Of a DNA stretch of 64,000 bases, positions 45,474 to 57,915 are shown piece by piece. Source of the DNA: Podarcis melisellensis. Its lineage: Eukaryota. The notes below the pieces were generated by a model. The model ran no database searches and had not been told where the DNA came from. It saw nothing but the letters and a program-made list of their open reading frames with translations. The stretch lies in assembly GCA_964234715.1 (NCBI GenBank), contig OZ174281.1; one strand, given 5' to 3'. Numbering within the stretch: the stretch's first letter is position 1; the number at the start of each line of letters is the position of its first letter. Both the position numbers and the translations under genes were made by a program.

Positions 45474-46514
45474 TAGGTGCATTCTAATTAAACTTACTGA
45501 GCATGTGAAAGGTGGGGCAGGGATGGCTAGAAAGATGTCATGCTTAGTTCCAGATGGTCATTTTGTTTCTGGTGACCTTGATGAGCACCTGATGAGGTTG
45601 GTAGAACTACTTGTTCATCCCAAAATGGACCCTTCTGAGCTCAGACCCCTGGCATCCTCACTATTTGGGAGTGGAGGGGGAAGACGGTGATTTCAACCAC
45701 TGGCTTCTGAGTTAACAAAGTTGTTACAGAAATGTTGTTAATTCAAGATAACAGGATGCCCTTTCAATAGTTGCTGTATGGGTTAATTTAATGAATTGCT
45801 GCCTTCCAGCAGTCCCTGCAATTTCTGGCACTACACTGGTCATCTCTACTAATGCTGCTTGTTCCTCAGCTACCTGTAGGAATCCCATGCCCGTTCTTTG
45901 CCATCCTTGGTTCTTTTTTTATTTCGGGTCATGCACCCCAAAACAGTCCCTTAGGTGCCCAAGTAACACCCACCTCCCCATTTATTCTTCCTATGTCCCA
46001 ATCTTCTCTTCATAAAAAGAGAAAAATGTGGTCCAGGGCAAGGTTATCAAAATACTGTAACTATGGTAAGTCAAGCTTAAATCATGCAGTACAGCCCAAA
46101 CTCCACCAGGCCGCCCCACATTTGCTTATTCAGGATTTCTGTGGAATGTAGTGCTTCAGTTTTCCACTGGAGCTGAGAGCATTCAAGTGGTTAGGAATCA
46201 GGAGAGGAAGCAGAGCTGCCTAAATGGTGGTTTTGTACACTAAAGAACAAACAGTATATTGAACTTCCTCCCATAAAGTTGTGAAGTTGGTGAGATAAAT
46301 GTCTGGAAAATTATATGGGGAGATGTCTTGGCACGGCGAGCTATAAGCTTTCTTTCCCTGTCGGCATCCTACCCATCTCTTCCCTTCTCCACCCCCTGCC
46401 CAGCAGCCTTAGAAGCTATAGTTCATGTGTTTAGTCAAGAAAGGAAGGGTAGGAATTGCAGTGTAATATCCCTGATCCATAAACCAAAGGCTTAAGTAAT
46501 GTAATCTTTTGCAG

Positions 46515-46636
46515 GAGAATGAGATTTTAACAGAACAAGAGGAGCTGCTGGCAATGGAGCAGTTTTTGCGCAGACAAATTGCCACCGAAAAAGAGGAAAT
46601 AGATCGCCTCCAAGCAGAAATAGCGGAAATTCAAAG
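46515..46636 (+). CDS. RALBP1: RALBP1 coding exon 7 (coiled coil)
   Basis: tgcag|GAG...AG|gtaac; ENEILTEQEELLAMEQFLRRQIATEKEEIDRLQAEIAEIQ; not in the ORF track. Confidence 0.95.
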
Positions 46637-47055
46637 GTAACCACCTCTCTGGAATCAAGCTTTCTGAATTCTAAAATAACATTTTTAAAGCAATATGCTC
46701 GTACTGAAGTGTGATGGAAGGATAATTACATTGCACCCTTTGGCTATTTTTGACATCATCATCCTAACACTACACTTTGGCTTGAATCTTAGTAAAATCC
46801 AGTAAACTTAACAGGCTGTTGAATTTTACCCTATTAACAGAAGTGGTTCTATGTTTTAGTGGTTCTGTAAGCAGCTTCTTGAAAAGTGTTCTAAGTGTAA
46901 TATTTGAAAGTATATTTTTAGTCACACTTCTCCATATACAATATAGCATACAGTAAACATGTATTTGTGCTCCAGATCATGTCCATTATGTGGCAATTGA
47001 TTAATGCTGTATAGCAATCTAGGCAAACAGTGAAGTAAGCTTTCATTTGTTTTAG

Positions 47056-47176
47056 TCGGCAGCATGGTCGAAGCGAAACCGAAGAATATTCTTCTGAAAG
47101 TGAGAGTGAGAGCGAAGATGAGGAAGAGCTACAAATAATCTTGGAAGACTTGCAGAGGCAGAATGAAGAACTGGAG
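47056..47176 (+). CDS. RALBP1: RALBP1 coding exon 8
   Basis: tttag|T...GAG|gtgag; (S)RQHGRSETEEYSSESESESEDEEELQIILEDLQRQNEELE. Confidence 0.95.
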
Positions 47177-48736
47177 GTGAGACTGCACTACTGCAAAATA
47201 TTTATTCATTGAACTTTCTGTAGAGCTGAGAGGTTTAATCAGGAGAAGGATCAGAATATTTATGGCAGGTCTGTGTATGTCATCTGGAAACACAGCCTCT
47301 GATACGCCTCATTCTGTCACCTAATGAATCACAACCTGGTTTTGGCAGCCATGAGGTTGTTTTCATTGAAAATGTCCTGAATATATGTAGTTCTGCTACA
47401 GTGCTGGCAATTTTCAGGGGGGTGGGCAGATAATAGTGGTTAACTCCTTTTTACTAGTTTCCATTGCTTTAGCTTGGGAAATAGAAAAACAATATTGGAG
47501 CTACATATACAGTATGTTCTTAGGACTAGTGATACATTTCAGCTGAATTGCTGCCTTACTGGTTTGACAAGTATAGAATAGACATTTTCAAATACTGGGT
47601 GTGTCTTCAGATCTAAAAACATTCTTAATTGCTTTATTATATTTTACAATAACTTGACTATCTTATGTAACTTAATAAATATTAAAATTATAATTAAAAA
47701 TGTGGAAGGGTGAACACTTAAAAGATTAAATTATATTGTACTATTGCCACATTTATATTGCAAATTATGACTCTTGCCCTTCCTAGTGTTGCTTTTGTAA
47801 TCTTTAATACACCTTCCCTGCTGGTCTTCCCAGCACTGGCAAGGAAGTTAATCTCCATTACTAATGGAAATGATTGTATTATATGCATTTATTTTAGTTA
47901 CTTTATATAGTAACAATAATACATAGATATGTAAAATCACAAAAACTACATAAAAACCCGTGAGAGAGACTGTTGCCAAAGAACCACTGAATGAACTGGA
48001 AATACAAAATTCTTCTCTGAAGCTAAATCTTAGATGGGAATTTTTTCGAGTTGTTGATGAGGTCTCTGGATTATATCTTGCTTTGTTGCTACCTCAAAAC
48101 CAATGCAGAAATTAGGAATTTTTCAAGCTTGGGAGCTGCAAATAATCCTCTGGCTTCCTATGCATCTCTTCCAAAGCATGCTTCCTTGTGGAAAATTTGA
48201 ATGCTAACAAATTAATTAATTAAACAATTAACTTAGTTGAACAATACAAAATTACAAATATGAATCAAATACCTGATGTAAAGCATCCAACTTAACCTGC
48301 AGAATTTCCTAAATAGCGTTTTTGCTCCCTACAAGTTACAGTATAAAAGGTCCTAAATGTTATTAACTACCGATATATCAACAAACCTTTTCAAGTTACT
48401 TCAACACAAAAAACAAATCCCAGTATTAGATAGTGGCAAAGGACTGTCTCTTAGGTTAGGTTTTGTAAATGTACTATACTATGTGAGCGGCAGGCAATTT
48501 CTTGACTCATTGTGATATAATCTATGTGGCTCCCCCTCTGCTCCCCCCATCTAGTTGAACACAAGTTTTGTATCTGATTGTTAGTTATCAATACGGTAAT
48601 TAACACAAATATCCTAACCTACTTGAAGAGCTGACCAAAACTTTTTAAGTATTTCACCCTTTGAAAATGACATTTAGAGGATTTAAAGTATTTAGAGGAT
48701 TTAAAGGATTTAGAGTACTCTGAGTGCTTCATAATA

Positions 48737-48923
48737 CAGTCTTACCTTGGTTTTCAAATGGCTTGGCTCCCAAACAAATCGGCTCCCAAATTGTGAGTGC
48801 TCCGGTTTGTGAACGTTTTTCAGAAGCCAAACGTCTGACACAGCTTCCGCTTGGTTTTCGAACAGTTTCAGAGTCGAATGGACTCCTGGAACAAATTTAA
48901 GTTTGATAACCAAGGTTCCACCG
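48737..48923. mobile_element. Tigger/TcMar-like MITE
   Basis: TA|CAGTCTTACCTTGGTTTTCAAA ... TTTGATAACCAAGGTTCCACCG|TA. Confidence 0.72.
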
Positions 48924-49517
48924 TATTATCTCTGTCATCCATTCAGCAACCTCGAAGGTAGGTCACTATTGCCTCCATATTGCAGGTGGAAGAGTGAGGC
49001 TAAGAGACAGTGACTCAACTAAATCAACCCTGTACTAACTTTCCTGAGAGTAAGCCCCACTGAACCTGGGATTTCACTTCTAGTACAATCTGAACTAGGG
49101 ATTTGCTTCTCACATTCAAAGCCACCATGTTACCTTCATTTTTGTAATACTGCAGGCGCATAGAAGTTCAGAATAAAGTGAAAATGCAAACTCTATAAAC
49201 AAATGTAATTTCCCAGCTAGGGAGGAAAGACCCACAATTTTAAACTTGTGATTACTGCAAGGACCTTCTCTAGTGGAGAGGGAGTTAGCAGCATCTTGTG
49301 TCGCTGTTAAATCTCCTGTGGTTATAAATACCCAGTTCCTCCTGGGCTGGATTTTCTACGTGCCTCATTTCTAACCCTTCTCCCATGGACATACTTGTGC
49401 CCCTTCCAAGGAAAAGTTACATTGTGTGATGCTCTATTAACGATTCATTAGCCGCATAAGTAGCTGTTTGTAGCTGAAGTGACCCTCCCCCCTCCCTCCC
49501 TTTTGTGCTGGATAAAG

Positions 49518-49811
49518 ATTAAGAACAACCATCTGAACCAAGCGATTCATGAAGAGCGAGAGGCCATCATTGAATTGCGAGTGCAGCTCCGGCTCTTGCA
49601 GATGCAGCGAGCAAAATCGGAGCAGCAGGTGCAGGAAGAAGAGGAGCTTGAGAAACGGGCAGGCACATCCCAGCAGCAGCAGCAGCAGCCCCAGCCCCAG
49701 CCGCCAAGAGAGACTGTCCCGGAGACAAAAGCAGCGAAAGAGCAGCCAAAGGCAATCAAGGAGCCAGTGAAGCCATCGCCAAGCAAGGAGCGAAAGGAAA
49801 CACCAATTTAA
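49518..49811 (+). CDS. RALBP1: RALBP1 last coding exon (stop TAA 49809-49811)
   Basis: taaag|ATT; IKNNHLNQAIHEEREAIIELRVQLRLLQMQR...KPSPSKERKETPI*; total CDS 1992 nt = 663 aa. Confidence 0.94.
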   Translation: MKNNHLNQAIHEEREAIIELRVQLRLLQMQRAKSEQQVQEEEELEKRAGTSQQQQQQPQPQPPRETVPETKAAKEQPKAIKEPVKPSPSKERKETPI

Positions 49812-50498
49812 TTGGATTCCTAAGGTATTCAGGAGACCACCTGGGGCAAAGCCAGGACTGTGCAACTTACTGTAAATCTGAGGCATGTATATTCTGTAAA
49901 TAGGTTGTCTTTTACACCCTGGAGATATTTTGTCTCCTCCCTACCTGTGGCTTCTGCCTATCAGGCTCAGGTTATTTGGAAGGACAAAGCAATTTGAGAT
50001 GGGGAAGAGGGTGCAGCACAGCTGTTACTTTGCGTCGTCAGATACTGGCACTGGGTGACAATAAATGACTCACTGGGAAGTTTTATTTTCAAACAGTTGG
50101 GTCTGGAGCAGTCTTGAAAATTCTCTCATGTATTTTCTTCCTAAGGGCTACTTCATGCGTTTCATTTCACTCCACTTAGTGTAGGGGGAATGTAATCGGC
50201 CACTCTTCCTGGTAGCCATAGGCAGTAGAATTTCCCGCCAGTTGTATAGGCTGGTGGGAGAGGGATGGATTGCTCTGTTCCTTTTTCACCATACCACTTG
50301 ACAGAAGGCCTTTTTTTTAGTACTGACTCTAGAGAAGGGATCTTCCTTTCCTCTGCAGCCAACTTGGAAATGTAAGCAACTAGCCTTGTAGCCTGGATTT
50401 TTAAAAAAAACTAGTTAGTAAGTTGTATGGGCTTATTTAAAAGGCTGCACATGTCTATGTATGTGTCATGTGCAGATCATGCTCGTTTCTATTTTGCT

Positions 50499-50500
<2 letters not shown>

Positions 50501-50536
<36 letters not shown>
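50501..50536. repeat. (AC)18 microsatellite in RALBP1 3' UTR
   Basis: Direct reading. Confidence 0.95.
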
Positions 50537-50539
<3 letters not shown>

Positions 50540-52277
50540 GGGAAGCCACAGTTGACAGCAACAAAATAGATAAATGCAACTATCATCCATAATAGTGTTC
50601 ACATTTTTTCCACTGTGCTGGTGAAAGATAATGTGTGAAGTGGCTCTTGGGTCAGAATCAGTTCCAACCCATAACCATACATTTACTTGCTTTGTGAATT
50701 TCTTTGCTCTCCATTGTAATTTCTATCTTTTTACTCACTCTTGCTTGTGCTTTTGGTACAGATTATGAGCAGTGCAGCTTTACAAAGTAGATTTGTCCTG
50801 AGTGGATGGAAGGTCTCCAAGGGCAAAACATTAGTGTTATTCAGCATGTTCTCATTCTCATTTGACATTTTTAAAGCTGTATGGAACTATACGTAAAGCT
50901 GAGATGCAAAGATTGATGAGCACAGCCCCATAAATGAAAGTTACCCACAAAGATCTGTTAAACCTTGGCAATGCACTTAAGTATAGGACTAATTAACTAG
51001 GAAATGTATGTTCCTTACAGGTGAGAATACAAGCACCGTATAAGTAAATAGCCAGCACCTCATAATGCAGACTCTGTTCATTTCTTTTTAAAGTTTATTC
51101 CTATGTTTGTGGAGAATGCTTTGATAATTTAACAGGGACCCACACATTTTTACTTAATAGCCAACCCCCAATTTGTGGTTGCTAAGCTTGGAAAGGGGCT
51201 GGAGTTTATTTTTGTTGTACTGCTCTTCTGAGATGCAGAGTACTTTCAAGTACAGTGCAACACAAATAACTCTGACCTCCTCCTGGAGCTAGGAAGGTGG
51301 TGGGAAATCACCTGTGCCATTGTACTGTGCCCTGAGAAGCATGCAAATGTCTCCAGGATTGTCACAGAAGTTGCACTGTGCTTCTGGTGCATGTGGAATG
51401 CCTAGGAGACAGCATGACACAAAGAAGCAACTGCCCCCTTCTAAGGATTGAGGCTAGGAAGGGAATGGTTGATCATCCTTGAGAGTCATGCAGTGATTTT
51501 GGGGCACCCTAAGCTACTCTGAAGTATAGTGTGACTACTGAGACAAATCCTTAACTCCAAGCTCAGGAGGCGGATTGTGGCTCATCATTCTTTCCAAAGG
51601 ACAATGGGACACTAGCCATGGTAAGCATATTTGTGAACTTCTGAGTAATTAAAGCTGTTGGACAATGTGGCTTACTTAATCAGGTAATATACACCTCTCT
51701 GTGTAGAGAAGTTCAAGCTATTCAGATGTCCTCCAACAATTCCTGATGGAGAGCTGCTTCCTTTTGATCATTTTCTGTTGCCAGCAACAAATTGTTTTGG
51801 TAACGTTTGTATTTCAGCAGCACCCATTTTTAAAAGCCCAGTTTAATTGAATTGGTCATCTCAGTAATGTAGAACAGATTCCACAGGGTGCTTTATAGCT
51901 TATTTACCATAGTTTCTAGTCTGCATTATTTATTTTGTTTGGTGTGGTTTTCTTTGCCTATTGCACTGCTTATGAATCATTGGCCGTGATTTTATTTTGT
52001 ACAAATAACGCTTTGATATATGTTACAGAGAACAGCTTATTTTTTTAAACCTTGAAGAATTTATGGGGACTGGTCAGATGACGGTTGTGTGTGCATAAAG
52101 CATTTTCCTTTGCCTGTTACATACATTTTATATTTTCTGGCAGTATTTAAACTTTTTTTTGTTTAAATTCTCACTAATTTCTATTAAATTGTCAAACCTT
52201 TATATAATCAATGTTCATCAAGCAAATATCTTGCTGCTGGTTAACTTCCATTTTGTCAATACCATGTTAATCAAGTA

Positions 52278-52283
52278 AATAAA
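52278..52283 (+). terminator. Probable RALBP1 poly(A) signal
   Basis: AATAAA at the end of a ~2.5-kb UTR-like U-rich stretch, with GT-rich sequence downstream. Confidence 0.55.
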
Positions 52284-54113
52284 TTCTACAGCCATCTGCA
52301 TGTGGTTTTATTTAGCTACAGGAAACAACAAATAACTTGGACAGGTTCAACTCCATAAAGAGCTGGGAATATTCCATCTGAAAGCTTGGAGTGATGTTAC
52401 CAAGTAGCGTAGACAGTACTGAGCTCAACAGTTCAGTGATCTGATTTCATGCAAGGCAGCTTCTAGGTCGATATCCACTGCAAGCTGTAACTATCTCAAG
52501 CACTTGTTGCTGTCCAAATGTGACTTGTACAGGCACATGTAAGGCTTTTGGGGAAATGGGGGAAGTGTTGTGTAATAGAGACTCTGCAACTGGGAACACC
52601 CACAGACAGCATTTGCAGTCTCTTGAGATGGGAGCAAATTCAGTAAGGCTTGCTTTTGAATAGATGTGCATACATTTGCACCGTTAATTTGCAGTCAGCA
52701 TTGTTGCTGCTTCATGATAGGTAAAGTAAATATTAAGCAGCTGTCTGTGTGGTAACACAGTACCAAAAAAATCTGGCAAGTTTGACATGTTATGATCAAA
52801 ACGAGTATGTTTTTCCACTAGACGGCAGGTGATGGGAAAGAACAAGCTGAAAGAAAAAGATTAGTCCACCACATGAATATGAAGAACTGGTTGAATTAAT
52901 CACTGTACATTTATTCTAACACTTTTATGAAAGCAAGTGCAGGTTTAAACATTTTTTTAAAAGGCTGCATGAACTCAGAAATGGGTATGCTTTTTTCCAG
53001 ATTATGGTGCTTTCTGATAGATAATATGGGGTGCACCAAGTGGTCAGATGCTGCAACATTGCTAAGTTAAGCAGCTATAGACCCTTGGATGAGAAACCAC
53101 TGAAACTGTAAAAAGCAGGGCATGAATACAACCATTAAAAAAAAGCCCAAAATGTAGCTCAAGGAATAAAGGAGCCTATAGTTCTAAAAAAGATAAAAAG
53201 AGCACTTCAATACAGAAACATACCAGCATTAGACACACTGAAAAAAACAATACAAAAACAAGTCAAAGGAAGGTGGTAGGGGCAGCATCATGGCTCACTG
53301 TGAACATTCTCCAGGAGACTGCATGAGATTTAGGACGCTGTCTGAACTTGAGCACCCCATGCCACATGGTTAAAACCCAGCTTTCCTATTCCATCAGAGC
53401 ATTAGTGTGCCATACTACTTTCAGGCAGCCTAGTTTTCTAATACTGATTATCAGGCCAGGATCTGGCCATGAAAACTTGGTCTCTACGGATTTACAAAGT
53501 ATGTTTTAGTTCAAACAAGTTCAACACAGTTCTTTGAAAGCGCAGCTTCTCAGAGCTTCCAAATAACTAACACCGTGGTTTTATCTGAACATCACAAGTT
53601 GAGGTAGTAGCGTATGCGTATAAATTCATGTATACATAGACAGACACATATATATGTGAAAGAACCGATATCACTAAACATAGTATATCGTAGTAGGGAG
53701 CTGCTACTACTACTATATGAAAAAAAATAAGGCAGAACCAGCATTCGTTATGCATTCCCATGATTTTCACAGCCACTTTGCCCATCGATAACTAGCCACC
53801 ATGAACATGTGCAGCATTTGTCAGTCCCCTGTCCCCTCCATTATGACTCTTGAACCAAGCTTTCAGCCTGGGGACATACATACACAATACCAGTTACACA
53901 CATTTCTTCAGAGTAGGACATCCACCTGTCCTTGGGTAACAACACACACTCTCACACACACTCACCACGAGAAGTTAAACACACAATTTTAGACCCACAT
54001 ATCACCATCAGAACAGGAAAAGGAGAGACTTGATAAAAGCATTCCCTATTTGTAAGCTTTTATACGGTATTAAGAGAAGGAGATTTCATTCACTCTTATT
54101 AATAAATTTTCTT

Positions 54114-54119
54114 TTTATT
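54114..54119 (-). terminator. Probable proximal PPP4R1 poly(A) signal (distal candidates 52910-52915 and 52307-52312)
   Basis: TTTATT on + (AATAAA on -) ~0.9 kb after the PPP4R1 stop. Confidence 0.5.
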
Positions 54120-55025
54120 TGGACAAGGAGAGAACATTTTAACACAACAGTTTGAAATAGCATGATTAAAGACTGCAGTCCTCCCAAGAGTGGTCACAGA
54201 TATGTACAGTATATGAAGAGCCGATCATGATCTAGTTAAAAATACCTGATGTGAAGTACATGTGCTAACAGGTTTCCTTCAGGTCATGACCAGCATGAAA
54301 AACACATTAGGACACAGGTACTCAGTGGAGTTTTCTGCTAATGAGTACAGCAATATGCTGTGTTTAAAGGTTTACAATCAAATTCTTGTTAGTGTTAGCA
54401 CTGAGCCCTTAAGGGGAGAAAACAAACACCAAATCTCTACTTTTCCCTCTTTTACACACATCAAAACTATTCACACTTAAGGAGGTGCCCAGCTGCATAC
54501 AAATTAAGTCTTTTCAAGGATAAAAACTTTTAATAGCTAATACTGGAGGTGTCTCTTGCTTCTTGGTACAAATCTGCCTTTATAGGGTATGAGAATTTCA
54601 GCTATCAGTTCCTAAGAGGGGGAAAGCTTGTTACATTAACTCCTCAGGAGAAAACAAATGCCGGTCTCTGGAAATCACATCCCTTCTACACTGAAAATGC
54701 TCAGCCAATTCAAGTTTCACATATTCAGGAAGACAGAAGATTTAAGGCTCTGGTGGCAAATACAATCCTCTGAGCAAAGTTGTTCTAAAGTCAAGATTCA
54801 ACAGGTAATGTTTATTTTTATTTTTCCTTGACTCTTAAAATCCTTGGTCTCAGGTTTAGATAACATCCAACTGAAGTTAAAAGTCTGGCAAGAAATTCCT
54901 TCCTCCATGGGAAAAAAAGAGGTTTCAGTCATCCATTTTAGGAGCACTTGAGGATTGCCCTGCGATTTTGTAATGTTTTTGGTTTGTTTTTTAATTAAAA
55001 TTATAGCAACATTCAGGGGCTACTT

Positions 55026-55189
55026 TTAGTAAGTTGAAGAGGCTGTGCTCATGGCATCATCTGCAATTTTGGTACTGGCAGGGTGGATACTTGCAAAGTA
55101 TTTTACGTCATTATCATTATCCATTTGGAGGGCCACAATTGTCTGCTCCACTGCTTCTTGGTGAGCACTGACACATGTTAAAAAATATT
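55026..55189 (-). CDS. PPP4R1: PPP4R1 last coding exon
   Basis: tacag|AA; (E)YFLTCVSAHQEAVEQTIVALQMDNDNDVKYFASIHPASTKIADDAMSTASSTY*. Confidence 0.97.
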
Positions 55190-55509
55190 CTGTATGGAGA
55201 AAAAGCAAGAGAATCTTTTTTTATAAAGGAGAAGGTAGCATCACAAAATATATGCTTCTTATAAAACCCCAAATTAGGATGCAAAGTCAATGCTATTTTT
55301 TTTTGCTGCCAGTACAGAACATTTATACAAAATGCATACAAAGACTAATATTTTAAATCATTTATATATATTATAATTTGGCATAAACAAACAAACAAAG
55401 GACCATGTTTATGACTGGGTTGCAGAAAGTATACAGCACAGGCTCCCACATTCTGGCTCAATTTTAAGGTGTTAGTTATAATCAACATTCACTGAGAAAT
55501 CTGTGCTGC

Positions 55510-55930
55510 ATAAGGTTGAGCAGGGAAAAGTCACTGATCCTTAAAGCACTGTACTGGATGCCTGTGACCTACTGTGTACAGCTTAGGACCCAAGTACTTA
55601 AAGGAATGCCTGTCCCTTACCTACTGACCTTTGTTTTGAGATCAGGAGGGGAGACCCTGCTCTTGATCCCACCAATGGGCATGGTCCTTGATAATGTGGC
55701 ACAACACAGGGCAATGCCCCAATGGTGGAATTCTTTCCCTGGGGAATGGCAGTTGTCCCCTGTGCTGCTAACGGCATACTTCTTCACCCAAGCTTCACTG
55801 GACCTAGCAGTGTTACCAATGTGTTTGTTGTCTCGTGCTGTTGTTTTGGTTTTGTAGTTTTTATACGTTTTAACTATGGTGCATAAATGGCTGCAAAGGT
55901 GTAGAATGCAAGCAGAATAAATAATACTAC
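55510..55930 (+). mobile_element. Degraded L2-like LINE 3' fragment
   Basis: Decayed ORF2 C-terminal-like motifs (LKALYWMPV, LRSGGETLL, PQWWNSFP) followed by a T-rich tail ending AATAAA. Confidence 0.5.
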
Positions 55931-56570
55931 CAGCACCTCTTTACGTTTTTCAGCCATGTCTCAAGTGAAAACTCCTGCCAATTGGATATGATTCCTCTAT
56001 GGGTAGCTGACCTGGCCTGCCCCAGCAACTTTTCTGGTCCTCTAGGATTGCATCAGTTTTGGTGTCAGTGGCAAAAAGGAAGGGGAGAATAGAGACTGTG
56101 CTGAAGTGAACAAAGCCCAGCACCCTGATAGGAATGCAAATCATGCAGAGAGGCGGCCATAACCCCCGTTCTCAGCTAATGTAGACCCTGAAGTACTGGC
56201 CAAGGCTGAATGCAACTCTTAGGCCAAAAAACCTAGCCACTCCTGCTCGAGAAGATGCACAGAATCTTAAAGAGTTTTTCCATGTGAGGAAGAACCTTTC
56301 TTGGAGGCTTCCTGTGTTAGAATTTCCATTTCTGCTTCCAGTCTGGTACCTAGGAAATTCCCACAACCTCCTAGATGTTAACTTTTTTTCATCCCTTGTT
56401 ACAAGTATTTCAAACATCAGGAACCAGTCCAGAACAAAAGATGTGCTTGAGGAAAAAACAATGGCATGAGAGTACATTTACTAGCTAATACTACACTGTA
56501 AGGATGCACACAGGAAATGTGTGATTTCTATAGAGCAGGAAATGCAGCAAGAGTACTTGAGTCCACAAAC

Positions 56571-56712
56571 CTTTCTCTAGAAGCGTTTGCCTTAATGTTT
56601 TTGCAAGTAGGACTCGAACGTTTGGAACTCTATCTGAGGCCAAGAGCAGTAAATGGGGCAATAGATGCTCAGCAAACTGATCCATTGGTAGGCAGTCATC
56701 TTCTATGATAGT
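56571..56712 (-). CDS. PPP4R1: PPP4R1 coding exon (HEAT repeat)
   Basis: ttcag|ACT...AAAG|gtttg; TIIEDDCLPMDQFAEHLLPHLLLLASDRVPNVRVLLAKTLRQTLLEK. Confidence 0.96.
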
Positions 56713-57183
56713 CTGAAAAGAAGATAAAGTAGCTGTTTTACTTCCCCGAAAAGCAGGAGCAAAGCCTCTAAAATAGCAATAAAAAGCAATAAAATATATT
56801 CTATAGGGTCATTTTGAAGCTCTCTTCTTTTTGCTTTCTTGGATTTGGGGCTGCTCCCCACCCATTCCCCTTCTCCACTGATACACACAGCTAGCCATCC
56901 ACATGGAAAGCTTCAAGGAGACATATTTTTGGATAACACACATTAAATTAGGACAAGAGAATGATAACCATCATTAGGCTCAACCTCCAAAAGCTCTTTA
57001 TCTTTTTGTAAGGTGCGGAGTTCACAAATACTATCCAGTTAGCTACTCTTACTAATTTCCTATTGTACCCATGATCAAACTCTGGAATCCAGAAATAATT
57101 CAGTGTTGAAAATGGAAAAACTTGTAACTTTGTAGCAGTGGCTGACATGTCAAGAAAATAGGAAAAATTCATGAATCTCTTAC

Positions 57184-57318
57184 CTGGCAAATAAAGGCGA
57201 ACGTTTGCCTGCCAGACCACTTTTGGCACTTGCAGAACGTTTCAACCAGTTCATTCATGAGATCGACCACAAATGTTGGCGGTGGAGCACTATACAGCTT
57301 CTTTACCATTTCACTAAC
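57184..57318 (-). CDS. PPP4R1: PPP4R1 coding exon
   Basis: tctag|GTT...CAG|gtaag; VSEMVKKLYSAPPPTFVVDLMNELVETFCKCQKWSGRQTFAFICQ. Confidence 0.95.
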
Positions 57319-57412
57319 CTAGAAAATATGCAAAGAACCCAATACATGGATTACCTGCTAAAATGGTTACTAAGTCAAATTCCATTTTTAACGTTTACAT
57401 TATAGTTCATAC

Positions 57413-57533
57413 CAGTTTGAAGGAAATCCAACGAACAGAGGAAACCTTGTCTGCACAAAGACTGAGAGCTATAGGTCGTAGGTAATCGTATATGTCTCTG
57501 GCACTATACAGATCTAGAAGCAAGATCAGCTGC
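57413..57533 (-). CDS. PPP4R1: PPP4R1 coding exon
   Basis: tgtag|G...CTG|gtatg; QLILLLDLYSARDIYDYLRPIALSLCADKVSSVRWISFKL; followed by a 94-nt intron. Confidence 0.95.
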
Positions 57534-57620
57534 CTACAAAAATAAAATAAACAAAGGACTTAAAATTGCTAACCAATCATGAAAATGAAGCTATGTGCTG
57601 CAAGCAAAGGGGAATATTCC

Positions 57621-57692
57621 AAGAAGAAGAAGAAGAAGAAGAAGAAGAAGAAGAAGAAGAAGAAGAAGAAGAAGAAGAAGAAGAAGAAGAAG
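57621..57692. repeat. (AAG)24 microsatellite
   Basis: Pure trinucleotide run forming the SINE tail. Confidence 0.95.
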
Positions 57693-57915
57693 ACCCCACT
57701 TTATCACTACCCTAAGGAGTCTGAAAGCGGCTAATCTCCCTTCCCCTCCTCCCCTACAACACCACACTCTGTGAGGGGAGTGAGGCTGAGACACTTCAGA
57801 GAGAAGTGTGACTAGCCTAAGGTCACACAGCAGCTGCACGTGGAGGAGCGGGGAATTGAACCCAGTTCACCAGATTACGAGTCCACTGCTCTTAACCACT
57901 ACACCACACTGGCTC
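57693..57915 (-). mobile_element. tRNA-derived SINE, Squam3/MIR-like, with expanded tail
   Basis: Same family; small duplication of the 5' end (accacactggc twice). Confidence 0.85.

Noticed and set aside
53600-53680. A let-7 family miRNA gene on the + strand
   Set aside because: Identity stops after 11 nt and there is no complementary star arm forming a pre-miRNA hairpin. It fits better as a target site on the - strand.
57591-57839. Poly-Leu membrane protein ORF
   Set aside because: Translation of the (CTT)n SINE tail.
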